Positions 27,672 to 36,659 of a stretch of DNA of 64,000 bases are shown piece by piece. Numbering within the stretch: the stretch's first letter is position 1; each line of letters starts with the position of its first letter. The position numbers and the translations under genes are program-made. The notes beneath the pieces are model-generated. The model was not told where the DNA came from, searched no databases, and saw only the letters and a list, made by a program, of their open reading frames with translations. Source of the stretch: Chitinophagales bacterium (GTDB lineage: Bacteria; Bacteroidota; Bacteroidia; Chitinophagales; Chitinophagaceae); the NCBI GenBank assembly GCA_038207175.1, contig JBBRAD010000016.1:14726-78725 (forward strand), read 5' to 3'.

Positions 27672-27998
27672 TCAAATAAAATTTTCTTTCAGTAAAGCAA
27701 AAACCTCCTCCTTACTTTTCCCTTCCTTTAGTAACCGCATCCCCATACCCGTAAGCTTGCGGTACAGCCCCTTTGCCCTTTCTTCTTTTGGTAATTCCCG
27801 GTAAAGCTTTGATGCAATTTTAGATGCATCTGCAAGCAGCCCTGCATTTTGCATTGTTTTTTTAAACCGTGGATCCTTTTTAACCCTTTTCCCGCTCAGG
27901 GTGCTTTTAAGACGCATATAGTACTGCCCGTCCATTTTGTAAAAACAAATGTTGCCCGCACATCCGGTAACAAAATATGGTCCTTCCTGTTTCGCCAT
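27672..27998 (-). CDS. Hypothetical small basic protein lying between the ECF sigma and anti-sigma genes
   Basis: ~108-aa Lys/Arg-rich ORF from MAKQEGPYFVTGCAGNICFYKMDGQYYMRLKS, on the same strand as its neighbours. I recognised no domain. Confidence 0.5.
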   Translation of the reverse strand: MAKQEGPYFVTGCAGNICFYKMDGQYYMRLKSTLSGKRVKKDPRFKKTMQNAGLLADASKIASKLYRELPKEERAKGLYRKLTGMGMRLLKEGKSKEEVFALLKENFI

Positions 27999-28256
27999 GC
28001 TTAAAATTATAAATACTTTTAGAATAAAAATTATCAAAACGGGATTTTTTTCAGTGTGGGAAACCTGGAAAGAATGTAAACCTAAGCCAGTGTTGAAATA
28101 TTGTAAGTTTTTCGGTATAAGAAATGGATAGGTATTTGCTGTCTTCCTGATGGCTTATTCATAGCTTCTTAATATTAAAAGCGCACTTACTCCGCAGTAA
28201 AAGCGCATGAAGTATTATACGTTCGGAAATATATACCTAAGAAGAGTTAGATGAAG

Positions 28257-28850
28257 TTATTCATTGTTTACAACAATACGCAAACGCTTCTTTTTCTCCA
28301 CGTCTGTATGTAAAGCAGTACAAATTCGTTTTACTGCAATAGCCATTTGCGCATCAATAGTGTTTATGGAAATATTAAGTATCTGGGCAATTTCCTTGTA
28401 CTTCAGCCCGTCTTCGCGCACTAATTTAAAGATCATTTTACAGCGTGGCGGCAATGCTTCGATAGCCTGTTGCATACGCTGCATCATTTCAGAAGTTATT
28501 AAAAGGTCATGCGGGTTGGCTGAATTGTCTTTCACTTCTATGTCAAAATAATCAAAAGGCTCACTGATAAGCTCCTTTGCTTTTTGTGACAGTGTGTTAA
28601 GCGCTTTATTTTTTACAGAAACATAGAGGTAAATGGTAAGGTTTTCTATTTCATTTATTTTATCCCGCCTGCCCCACAATTTCACAAACACATCCTCAAC
28701 AACTTCTTCGGCAATCTCTATGGAATGCAGTAATGCTTTTGCAAAATCCAGGAGCCGCTTATGAAAATGGGCATACAGGTCTGCAAGTGCCTTTTCTTCA
28801 CCGCAGCGGATCCTCGTTTGTATTTCCTTTAATTTAAATTCCATTGGCAA
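28257..28850 (-). CDS. RNA polymerase ECF-type sigma-70 factor
   Basis: 197-aa ORF with a region-2 pattern (AEEVVEDVFVKLW) and a region-4 HTH (LKYKEIAQILNISINTIDAQM). It sits upstream of FecR and the SusC homolog. Confidence 0.85.
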   Translation of the reverse strand: MPMEFKLKEIQTRIRCGEEKALADLYAHFHKRLLDFAKALLHSIEIAEEVVEDVFVKLWGRRDKINEIENLTIYLYVSVKNKALNTLSQKAKELISEPFDYFDIEVKDNSANPHDLLITSEMMQRMQQAIEALPPRCKMIFKLVREDGLKYKEIAQILNISINTIDAQMAIAVKRICTALHTDVEKKKRLRIVVNNE

Positions 28851-29033
28851 ACAATAATAGAAAAATGAAAGCGGTTATAAAAATATGAAATTTATATGAA
28901 CATTCCATGCCGGACAAGTGCTTTTCAACATTAATTCTTATCCGCAATTCATACTTTATAGCGTAATATACAAACTAACGACTGTTAGCGATGCAATTTT
29001 TTTTGTACTTTCGCTTTCTGATCCTTCAAACTT

Positions 29034-29981
29034 ATGCAGGTAAAAAATTTTGAACAGGTATTTTTTGAAAAGATTGATAAAGAAATAAAAATTGAACCGC
29101 GCGACTGGATGCCGGAAAAATACCGGCAAACTCTGATACGGCAAATAAGCCAGCACGCGCACAGCGAAATTGTAGGTATGCTGCCCGAAGGCAACTGGAT
29201 AACACGTGCACCCTCTTTAAAACGCAAAGCAATCTTATTAGCCAAAGTGCAGGACGAAGCAGGGCATGGTTTATATCTTTATTCCGCCACCGAAACGCTG
29301 GGTATTACACGTGGAGAATTAGTTGATCAATTGCACAGCGGCCGTGCAAAATATTCTTCTATATTTAATTATCCAACCATTAGCTGGGCCGATATTGGTG
29401 CAATCGGCTGGCTGGTTGATGGTGCTGCAATCCTTAACCAGGTAATGCTTTGCCGCACTTCCTACGGGCCTTATGCACGCGCCATGGTGCGTATATGCAG
29501 GGAAGAAAGTTTTCACCAGCGCCAGGGTTTTGAAATTTTATATACACTAAGCAAAGGAACAACAGCACAAAAAAAAATGTGCCGGGATGCAATTAACCGC
29601 TGGTGGTGGCCCAGCCTGATGATGTTTGGACCAAAAGACAGCGAATCCACACATTCCGACCAAAGCACAGCATGGAAAATAAAACGCATGAGCAATGATG
29701 AACTGCGGCAGAAATTTGTGGATATGATTGCACAGCAGGTAAAAGTTTTAAATATGGTTTTACCGGATGAACATCTAAAATGGAATGAGGCAAAAAAGCA
29801 TTATGATTTTGGTGAAATAAACTGGCAGGAATTCTGGAACGTGGTAAAAGGAAATGGGCCATGCAATAAACAGCGGCTGGAGGCAAGGCGCAAAGCCCAT
29901 GAAGAAGGCGCATGGGTAAGAGAAGCGGCAGATGCTTACGCCCAAAAGAAAAAATCAGAAAAAAAATTACAGGCTGTATAA
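29034..29981 (+). CDS. paaA: 1,2-phenylacetyl-CoA epoxidase, catalytic subunit A
   Basis: 315-aa ORF with di-iron ligand motifs ([21 protein letters not shown]) and PaaA-typical length and order. Confidence 0.9.
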   Translation: MQVKNFEQVFFEKIDKEIKIEPRDWMPEKYRQTLIRQISQHAHSEIVGMLPEGNWITRAPSLKRKAILLAKVQDEAGHGLYLYSATETLGITRGELVDQLHSGRAKYSSIFNYPTISWADIGAIGWLVDGAAILNQVMLCRTSYGPYARAMVRICREESFHQRQGFEILYTLSKGTTAQKKMCRDAINRWWWPSLMMFGPKDSESTHSDQSTAWKIKRMSNDELRQKFVDMIAQQVKVLNMVLPDEHLKWNEAKKHYDFGEINWQEFWNVVKGNGPCNKQRLEARRKAHEEGAWVREAADAYAQKKKSEKKLQAV

Positions 29982-29992
29982 AATTTTTGTAG

Positions 29993-30364
29993 ATGAATTT
30001 TGAAATAAAAAAATATTATTACGGCGATATACCTGAAGATAATGCAGGTGGAAATAATACAGGTACACAAATTCCATCATCAAAAAATGACTGGCCACTG
30101 TGGGAAATTTTTATAAGAAGCAGGCAGGGGCTTGATCATAAACATGCGGGCAGCCTTCACGCTGCGGATGCCCAAATGGCAATTGAAAACGCAAGGGATG
30201 TTTATACCAGGAGAATGGAAGGCGTAAGTATTTGGGTAGTTGAAAGCAAATATATACATGCAAGCAACCCCGATGATGCTGAAAGTTTTTATGATCCTGC
30301 AAATGATAAAGCTTACCGCCACCCCACGTTTTATAATTTGCCTGATGAAGTAAAGCACATGTAA
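29993..30364 (+). CDS. paaB: 1,2-phenylacetyl-CoA epoxidase, subunit B
   Basis: 123-aa ORF. WPLWEIFIRSRQGLDHKHAGSLHA...ARDVYTRR is the conserved PaaB core, and the gene directly follows paaA. Confidence 0.85.
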   Translation: MNFEIKKYYYGDIPEDNAGGNNTGTQIPSSKNDWPLWEIFIRSRQGLDHKHAGSLHAADAQMAIENARDVYTRRMEGVSIWVVESKYIHASNPDDAESFYDPANDKAYRHPTFYNLPDEVKHM

Positions 30365-30408
30365 AGCCCCTTTAATTCCCCCAACGGGGGAAAATAAAAA
30401 GTTATCAA

Positions 30409-31206
30409 ATGGAATCAGGATTAAACAAAAATGTATTTTCAAAAGCCCCTCCGTTAGAGGGATTTAGGGAGGCTTATACAATTTGCCTTGCGGATAATGC
30501 GCTTATCCTTGGCCACCGCAACAGTGAATGGTGCGGTCACGGGCCTGTACTGGAGCAGGATATTGCCATCACAAATATTTCACTGGACTTAATTGGCCAG
30601 GCAAGAAATTTTTACCAGTATGCAGCAGTACTTACCGGTAATAATACAACGGAGGACTCCCTCGCATACCTGCGGGATGTACCTGATTTTAAAAATTGTT
30701 TATTAGTTGAACAACCGAAAGGCGATTGGGCTTCTACCGTTTTGCGTCAATTTTTTTTCAGCACTTACCAGTATTTTTTATACACACAATTGAAAAAAAG
30801 CAGCGATGAACAATTGGCTGCCATTGCGGAAAAATCATTAAAGGAAGTAACTTATCACCTGCGGTGGAGCAGTGAATGGGTAATACGCCTGGGCGATGGT
30901 ACAGCAGAAAGTAACGCAAGAATGAATAAAGCTATTGATGATTTCTGGATGTACACAGGCGAGTTGTTTGTACCTGCGCAGTATGAAGCAATTGCTGCTC
31001 AGGAAGGTTTTGGTGTTGATGTAAGTGCATTAAAAAATGAGTGGGCAGACAAAGTAAAAAATATTTTTGAAGAAGCAACTTTACCGGTGCAGGAAAATAC
31101 TTTTATGCAAACCGGCGGTAAAGAAGGAAAGCATACAGAACATTTGGGATTTATATTAGCAGAAATGCAATTTATGCAAAGGGCTTATCCCAACAGCGAA
31201 TGGTAA
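30409..31206 (+). CDS. paaC: 1,2-phenylacetyl-CoA epoxidase, subunit C
   Basis: 265-aa ORF with ferritin-like helices (LADNALILGHRNSEWCGHGP...). It holds the position of paaC in the operon. Confidence 0.85.
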   Translation: MESGLNKNVFSKAPPLEGFREAYTICLADNALILGHRNSEWCGHGPVLEQDIAITNISLDLIGQARNFYQYAAVLTGNNTTEDSLAYLRDVPDFKNCLLVEQPKGDWASTVLRQFFFSTYQYFLYTQLKKSSDEQLAAIAEKSLKEVTYHLRWSSEWVIRLGDGTAESNARMNKAIDDFWMYTGELFVPAQYEAIAAQEGFGVDVSALKNEWADKVKNIFEEATLPVQENTFMQTGGKEGKHTEHLGFILAEMQFMQRAYPNSEW

Positions 31207-31226
31207 AACCGTTGAAGAAAAAAGTT

Positions 31227-31748
31227 ATGAGTGAAGTACAAAAAATAGAAAAACAGGCTGTATGGAATATCCTGGAAACAATAATGGACCCTGAAGTTCC
31301 GGCGCTTTCGATTATTGATTTGGGGATAGTAAGAGATGTGCAGTTACAAGTCTCCCACTGCGGGGGAAATTTAGAGGGGGCGGTTACCATCACCCCTACT
31401 TATTCAGGTTGCCCGGCAATGGATGTAATACAAATGAATATAAAAATGGCTTTGTTTGAAAAGGGTTTTAAAAATATTGAAATAAAAATGCAGCTTTCAC
31501 CCGCGTGGACAACAGACTGGATGAGTGAAAAAGGGAAAGAGAAATTAAAAGCGTATGGCATTGCGCCGCCAAACAGTAAACAGCATGTTTGCACACCTGA
31601 TGCTTTTCAAAAAGAAGAAAGCATACAATGCCCGCACTGCAATAGTTACCACACAAAATTAATCAGCCGGTTTGGTTCAACTGCATGCAAAGCTTTATAT
31701 CAATGTGAAGAATGCAGAGAACCCTTTGATTATTTTAAGTGTCATTAA
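31227..31748 (+). CDS. paaD: Phenylacetate-CoA oxygenase subunit PaaD (PaaJ), FeS-assembly-like domain plus C-terminal Cys cluster
   Basis: MIP18/DUF59-like N-terminus (ILETIMDPEVPALSIIDLGIV) and C-terminal CPHC...CEEC cysteines. The gene follows paaC, with the ATG at 31227. Confidence 0.8.
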   Translation: MSEVQKIEKQAVWNILETIMDPEVPALSIIDLGIVRDVQLQVSHCGGNLEGAVTITPTYSGCPAMDVIQMNIKMALFEKGFKNIEIKMQLSPAWTTDWMSEKGKEKLKAYGIAPPNSKQHVCTPDAFQKEESIQCPHCNSYHTKLISRFGSTACKALYQCEECREPFDYFKCH

Positions 31749-31815
31749 TATGAGAAAAGGGTATCTCTCAAATCCTGCCCCTGACCTTTACTTCTCCATC
31801 TTTCAGGATTCAATA

Positions 31816-32277
31816 TTACTGTACAGCTTTCTCTACCCTCATCCCCGCATTCAAAATATTTTGCAAGGGGTTTTCGCGCATTGTTTGCTGCAGCATAAAA
31901 GTATAGTTGCCTTTTTTTAAATGTACAGGATTGCTTATAATAAGGATGCGGTGTTCAATAATATCGTCCATAGCCGCTCCCAGCCAGCCTTTTGTGTTGC
32001 CCAGGGTTAAATTAAGCTGTTGTGTAAGGGCGGTATCGCCGGGGGCGATGGTGGTAATATTCAGCCAGATATTATTGAAATGATAAGCATCCGTATGCCT
32101 GAGTACTACAAAAATATTGTACAATGATATGGTATCTGTAACCGAAAAAACAAAAGACGGCCTGTCAGTTTCACCCCATGACTGTTGATCAAATGCTTTT
32201 GTTTTTTCATACACATCAATAGAGCCGCAGGAGCTTGACAGAACTGCAAGGAGCAGAAAAAATAAAACCTTCTTCAA
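31816..32277 (-). CDS. gldH: Gliding-motility / T9SS-associated lipoprotein GldH
   Basis: 153-aa lipoprotein (LSSSCGS). The blocks YNIFVVLRHTDAYHFNNIWL and LQQTMRENPL...AGMRVE parallel the conserved GldH blocks as I recall them. Confidence 0.7.
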   Translation of the reverse strand: MKKVLFFLLLAVLSSSCGSIDVYEKTKAFDQQSWGETDRPSFVFSVTDTISLYNIFVVLRHTDAYHFNNIWLNITTIAPGDTALTQQLNLTLGNTKGWLGAAMDDIIEHRILIISNPVHLKKGNYTFMLQQTMRENPLQNILNAGMRVEKAVQ

Positions 32278-32316
32278 TCTTTTTAAAAATTATTGCGTAA
32301 AAATAAATGGAAATAA

Positions 32317-33192
32317 TCAAAGGATATTGAGTATTTGTTCCTTTGCTTTTTCCAGTTCATCTTTCATCAGTATCACCATCTTCTGTATTTCTGAATCGTA
32401 TGCTTTGGAGCCCGCGGTATTTATTTCCCTTCCTATTTCCTGTAAAATGAAAGAGAGTTTTTTTCCTTTGCTTATTTCGGGCCCGGCCAGCACCGAACGG
32501 AAATAGTCGCAGTGGTTTTTCAGCCGCACCTGCTCTTCACTGATATCTATTTTTTCGATATAGTAAATCAATTCCTGCTCAAGGCGGTTGGGGTCATAAT
32601 TATCTTTGCCCACATTTTCTTCCAGCACACGCTGCAGACCATTTCTTATTTTCTCGCGGCGCGCAGGCTCCTGCAAAGTTATTTTTACCTGCTGCTGTTC
32701 AATATTGCCAATGCGCTCTTTCAAATCTTCTTCCAGGCTTTTGCCTTCATCTTTCCTGTGTTCATTCAGCAGGTCAATTGCCTGCTGCAGCATTTTTTTA
32801 AATGCCTCCCATTCAGCAGCAGCAAGCATTTCCGTGGAAGGTGTAATTACATCAGGAAGTTTTAATAAGGTGCTTAAAATATTTTCAGTGCCAAGGCCAA
32901 GTTCCTTTGCCAGTTTAACAACAGGCTCATAATAGGCTTTCATCAGCTCCGTATTTATGCTTACCGGCTTTGAAGATCCATTCTGCTTGAGCGATATATT
33001 ACATTCAATGCTTCCGCGTAGCAAACCTTCATTCAGCATATTCCTGATATCAAATTCATAAGGTTTTAAAAGTGATGGAATGTTTAACCTTATATCATAC
33101 TGTTTGCCGTTGAGCGAGCGCACTTCCACCAAAAAGTTTTTATCATTAATGGTATGTTCGGCACGTCCGTAACCCGTCATTGAATACAGCAT
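32317..33192 (-). CDS. YicC-family stress-induced protein (TIGR00255)
   Basis: 291-aa ORF with N-terminus MLYSMTGYGRAE, a coiled middle region and a C-terminus LQEIGREINTAGSKA...VILMKDELEKAKEQILNI typical of YicC. Confidence 0.85.
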   Translation of the reverse strand: MLYSMTGYGRAEHTINDKNFLVEVRSLNGKQYDIRLNIPSLLKPYEFDIRNMLNEGLLRGSIECNISLKQNGSSKPVSINTELMKAYYEPVVKLAKELGLGTENILSTLLKLPDVITPSTEMLAAAEWEAFKKMLQQAIDLLNEHRKDEGKSLEEDLKERIGNIEQQQVKITLQEPARREKIRNGLQRVLEENVGKDNYDPNRLEQELIYYIEKIDISEEQVRLKNHCDYFRSVLAGPEISKGKKLSFILQEIGREINTAGSKAYDSEIQKMVILMKDELEKAKEQILNIL

Positions 33193-33271
33193 AGTGTAAA
33201 AGTTATTTGGTAAAAGTAACGGGAAAATACCGTTATAAAAAAGAGCAATAAAAAATATCAGCTGTTATACC

Positions 33272-33304
33272 CAAAAGAAAAACGCCCTGTTGTACAAAGC
33301 GTTT
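33272..33304 (-). terminator. Hairpin terminator after sucD
   Basis: On the minus strand, AAACGC-13 nt-GCGTTT is followed by TTTCTTTT, about 30 nt past the sucD stop. Confidence 0.45.
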
Positions 33305-33331
33305 AAATTTTAATCGCACGGTTTTAATTAT

Positions 33332-34204
33332 TTATTTCTCCAGTGCCTTTGCCATGGTAACCCCAATATCAGCCGGGCTTGCCACCACATGCACGCCGCA
33401 CTCTGCAAGTATTTTCATTTTTGCAGCAGCGGTATCATCAGCACCTCCAATGATGGCGCCTGCATGACCCATGCGCCTGCCCGCAGGAGCGGTTTGCCCT
33501 GCAATAAAGCCAACCACGGGTTTTTTATTATTTTCTTTTATCCAGCGTGCAGCTTCTGCTTCCATGCCACCACCAATTTCACCAATCATGATAATTCCAT
33601 CTGTTGCATCATCATTCATTAATAATTCCACCGCTTCTTTTGTTGTAGTGCCAATAATAGGATCTCCCCCAATACCAACCGCAGTGCTTATGCCAAACCC
33701 CGCTTTTACTGCCTGATCGGCTGCTTCATAAGTAAGCGTACCGGATTTTGATACCACACCAATGCGCCCCGGTTTAAAAATAAATCCCGGCATGATGCCC
33801 ACTTTGGCTTCGCCCGCTGTAATTACACCGGGGCAGTTGGGCCCAATTAATCTTGTTGTTTTTCCCTGTAAATAATTTTTTACTTTCACCATATCCTGCA
33901 CAGGGATGCCTTCTGTAATGCACACCACCAAAGCGATTCCGGCATCTGCTGCTTCCATAATTGCGTCGGCTGCAAATGCAGGCGGTACAAAAATGATGCT
34001 CACATTTGCGGCTGTATTTTTTACAGCATCGGCAACAGTATTAAAAACCGGTTTATCCAGATGCGTACTGCCACCTTTGCCCGGCGTAACCCCGCCCACC
34101 ACATTGGTTCCGTATTCAATCATCTGCGATGCATGAAAAGTGCCTTCGGTTCCGGTAAAGCCCTGCACAATTATTTTTGAATCTTTATTTACTAATACTG
34201 ACAT
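33332..34204 (-). CDS. sucD: Succinate--CoA ligase (ADP-forming) subunit alpha
   Basis: From [21 protein letters not shown]. The phosphohistidine loop is GHAGAII, and the protein is colinear with SucD throughout. The start was set at the ATG at 34204. Confidence 0.95.
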   Translation of the reverse strand: MSVLVNKDSKIIVQGFTGTEGTFHASQMIEYGTNVVGGVTPGKGGSTHLDKPVFNTVADAVKNTAANVSIIFVPPAFAADAIMEAADAGIALVVCITEGIPVQDMVKVKNYLQGKTTRLIGPNCPGVITAGEAKVGIMPGFIFKPGRIGVVSKSGTLTYEAADQAVKAGFGISTAVGIGGDPIIGTTTKEAVELLMNDDATDGIIMIGEIGGGMEAEAARWIKENNKKPVVGFIAGQTAPAGRRMGHAGAIIGGADDTAAAKMKILAECGVHVVASPADIGVTMAKALEK

Positions 34205-34275
34205 GATTGTTTTTTTATGTTGCGCAAAAATAATGAAAGCGATTATAGTTTGAGGTTTATGGTTTATTGTTTTTA

Positions 34276-34340
34276 GGCCGGGCGCAGAATAAGCATTGAG
34301 CATTGTTGCGTCGTATCCCGATAGCTATCGGGATACGGCC
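34276..34340. repeat. REP/MITE-like composite palindromic element (copy 2)
   Basis: Contains the perfect 26-bp palindrome CGTATCCCGATAGCTATCGGGATACG and CGGGCGCA, enclosed by GGCCG/CGGCC. It shares both cores with 14826..14912. Confidence 0.7.
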
Positions 34341-34362
34341 TGAATATATTTCAGCAATTTGC

Positions 34363-35202
34363 TCAGGTGCCATCGGGTAAATTGGGTGCATCTTTTTTAA
34401 GCATTTCTTCCATATTTCTGTCGTTGGAAATTTTACCTTTCATTTCCAGCATGCGCATGTCTTTTGCATCCTGCAAAAACTCTGATGCAAAGATGAATTT
34501 GTTGAGCAAATCATTATTGCTGAAAATAATTTCTTTGTTGGTTCCTTCCCATTCTTTTTTCCCATCACACAGGTACACAATATGATCACCGATTTCCATT
34601 ACGCTGTTCATATCATGCGTAACAACGATGGTAGTGGTGTTGAATTCTGTAGTTATTTCTTTAATCAGTTTATCAATGAGTAAAGATGTTTGGGGATCGA
34701 GGCCGCTGTTGGGTTCATCGCAGAAAAGATATTTTGGGTTTAAAACAATAGCACGCGCAATACCCACACGTTTCTTCATGCCGCCGCTTATTTCTGCGGG
34801 GAATTTTTTATATGCATCCTTTAAATTCACACGTTCTAAAACTTCATCCACCCTTTTTTTGCGGCCCCTGTAATTCATACTGGAAAACATATCCAGCGGA
34901 AACATCACATTTTGTTCCACTGTCATGGAATCGAATAATGCAGCGCCCTGGAACAGCATGCCTATCTGCTGCCGCAGCAGTTTGCGCTGTTCTTCTTCCA
35001 TAGTGGTCATGTTCTCGCCGCTGAAAATAATTTCTCCTTCGTCGGGTGCAAACAAACCCACCATGCATTTGGTAAGCACAGTTTTGCCGCTGCCGCTGGA
35101 ACCGATGATGAGGTTGCATTTGCCGGCTTCCATCACAGCGCTGATACCTTCAAGTATCACCTTTTCGTCAAAAGATTTTTTTACATTTTTTATTTCGATC
35201 AT
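34363..35202 (-). CDS. ABC transporter ATP-binding protein, MlaF-like
   Basis: From MIEIKNVKKSF, with Walker A GSSGSGKT, signature ISGGMKKR and Walker B LFCDEP. The overall pattern matches Mla/Ttg2A-type ATPases. Confidence 0.85.
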   Translation of the reverse strand: MIEIKNVKKSFDEKVILEGISAVMEAGKCNLIIGSSGSGKTVLTKCMVGLFAPDEGEIIFSGENMTTMEEEQRKLLRQQIGMLFQGAALFDSMTVEQNVMFPLDMFSSMNYRGRKKRVDEVLERVNLKDAYKKFPAEISGGMKKRVGIARAIVLNPKYLFCDEPNSGLDPQTSLLIDKLIKEITTEFNTTTIVVTHDMNSVMEIGDHIVYLCDGKKEWEGTNKEIIFSNNDLLNKFIFASEFLQDAKDMRMLEMKGKISNDRNMEEMLKKDAPNLPDGT

Positions 35203-35361
35203 CGGGTTTATCGTTTGTTGTTTATCGTTTATCGTTTGCAAAGCAACACACAAAACGATAACTATTATTTTTACCCTGATTGCTCAACATTGAACAGAAC
35301 GATGAAGTGCTTGCGACGCAACAGACGATGCCATGAAATACTGAAGTTGGTATCACAAAAA

Positions 35362-36576
35362 TTACAACACTTCTATTTGGTTTTTCAGCAAATCTTCAAA
35401 CTCATCCCGCTTTCTTATCAAATGCATTTCATTATTTTTTACCAGTACTTCCGCAGGTTTTAAACGCGAATTAAAATTACTGCTCATTTCAAAACCATAA
35501 GCGCCGGCATTATAAAACACAAGGTAATCGCCTTCGCGTACTTCATTTATTTTGCGGTCCCATGCGAATGTATCTGTTTCGCAGATATTTCCTACAACCG
35601 TATAAATCCTTTCGGCTCCATTGGGGTTGCTGATGTTTTCAATGCGGTGATACGATTCATAAAACATGGGACGGATAAGATGATTGAAGCCGCTGTTTAC
35701 ACCCACAAAAACGGTGGCAGTTGTTTGTTTTATCACATTTGCCTTTACAACAAAATAACCAGCTTCACTAACTAAATATTTTCCCGGCTCAAACCATATT
35801 TCTAATTTTCTCCCGGTTTCTTTTTCAAATGAAGCAAATGCTTCAGCAACTTTTGCACCCAGGTCATGCACATCGGTTCTTACATCTCCGTCCTGGTAAG
35901 CTACTTTAAAACCACTTCCGAGATTGATAAATTCGAGCTGCGAAAAATGGTTTGATATTTCAAACATCACTTCAAGTCCCTGAAGAAAAACATTCACATC
36001 TTTTATTTCACTGCCAGTGTGCATGTGTAATCCGCACACGTGAATTTTTGTAGTCTTTACTATTCGTTCTATATGCCTGATCTGATGAATAGAAATACCA
36101 AACTTACTGTCCACATGGCCGGTGGAAATTTTAAAATTCCCGCCCGCCATAATATGCGGGTTCATGCGGATGCAGACGGGATAAGTGTTCCCGTATTTAT
36201 TACCAAACTGTTCAAGGATTGAAATATTGTCTATGTTGATATTTACACCAAGGGATTTTCCGGCTTCTATTTCTTCAAAGTCAACACAGTTTGGTGTAAA
36301 GAGAATCTGCTGCGGCGTAAAGCCTGCTTTTAAACCCAGCATTACTTCATTGATGCTTACGCAATCAAGGCTGGCGCCCAACTGTTTTATTAATTTTAAA
36401 ATATTGATATTGGTCAATGCCTTGCAGGCATAAAAAAATTTCGCATTGCATGAAGCAAAAGCGGTTTGAAGGTCGTGTAACTGATCTTCAATTTTTTCTG
36501 TATGGTAAACATACAGCGGCGTACCGAACCGGTTAGCTGCGCTGATGAGCTGATCATTTGTAAGTTGCTGCGGCAT
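35362..36576 (-). CDS. lysA: Diaminopimelate decarboxylase
   Basis: 404-aa ORF of the PLP-dependent Orn/DAP/Arg decarboxylase fold. It has the YACKA PLP lysine, HMHTGS, and GNICETD...GAYG in the C-terminal barrel. Confidence 0.9.
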   Translation of the reverse strand: MPQQLTNDQLISAANRFGTPLYVYHTEKIEDQLHDLQTAFASCNAKFFYACKALTNINILKLIKQLGASLDCVSINEVMLGLKAGFTPQQILFTPNCVDFEEIEAGKSLGVNINIDNISILEQFGNKYGNTYPVCIRMNPHIMAGGNFKISTGHVDSKFGISIHQIRHIERIVKTTKIHVCGLHMHTGSEIKDVNVFLQGLEVMFEISNHFSQLEFINLGSGFKVAYQDGDVRTDVHDLGAKVAEAFASFEKETGRKLEIWFEPGKYLVSEAGYFVVKANVIKQTTATVFVGVNSGFNHLIRPMFYESYHRIENISNPNGAERIYTVVGNICETDTFAWDRKINEVREGDYLVFYNAGAYGFEMSSNFNSRLKPAEVLVKNNEMHLIRKRDEFEDLLKNQIEVL

Positions 36577-36603
36577 GTGGGCGAAGATACGATTTGAATA
36601 AAA

Positions 36604-36631
36604 TAAAAAACCCCGCTGTTTGGCGGGGTTG
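36604..36631 (-). terminator. Rho-independent terminator after scpB, 27 nt upstream of the lysA start
   Basis: On the minus strand, AACCCCGC-caaaca-GCGGGGTT is followed by a T6 run. Confidence 0.65.
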
Positions 36632-36659
36632 AATTTTAAATTTTCTTTTTGGGGTATTA

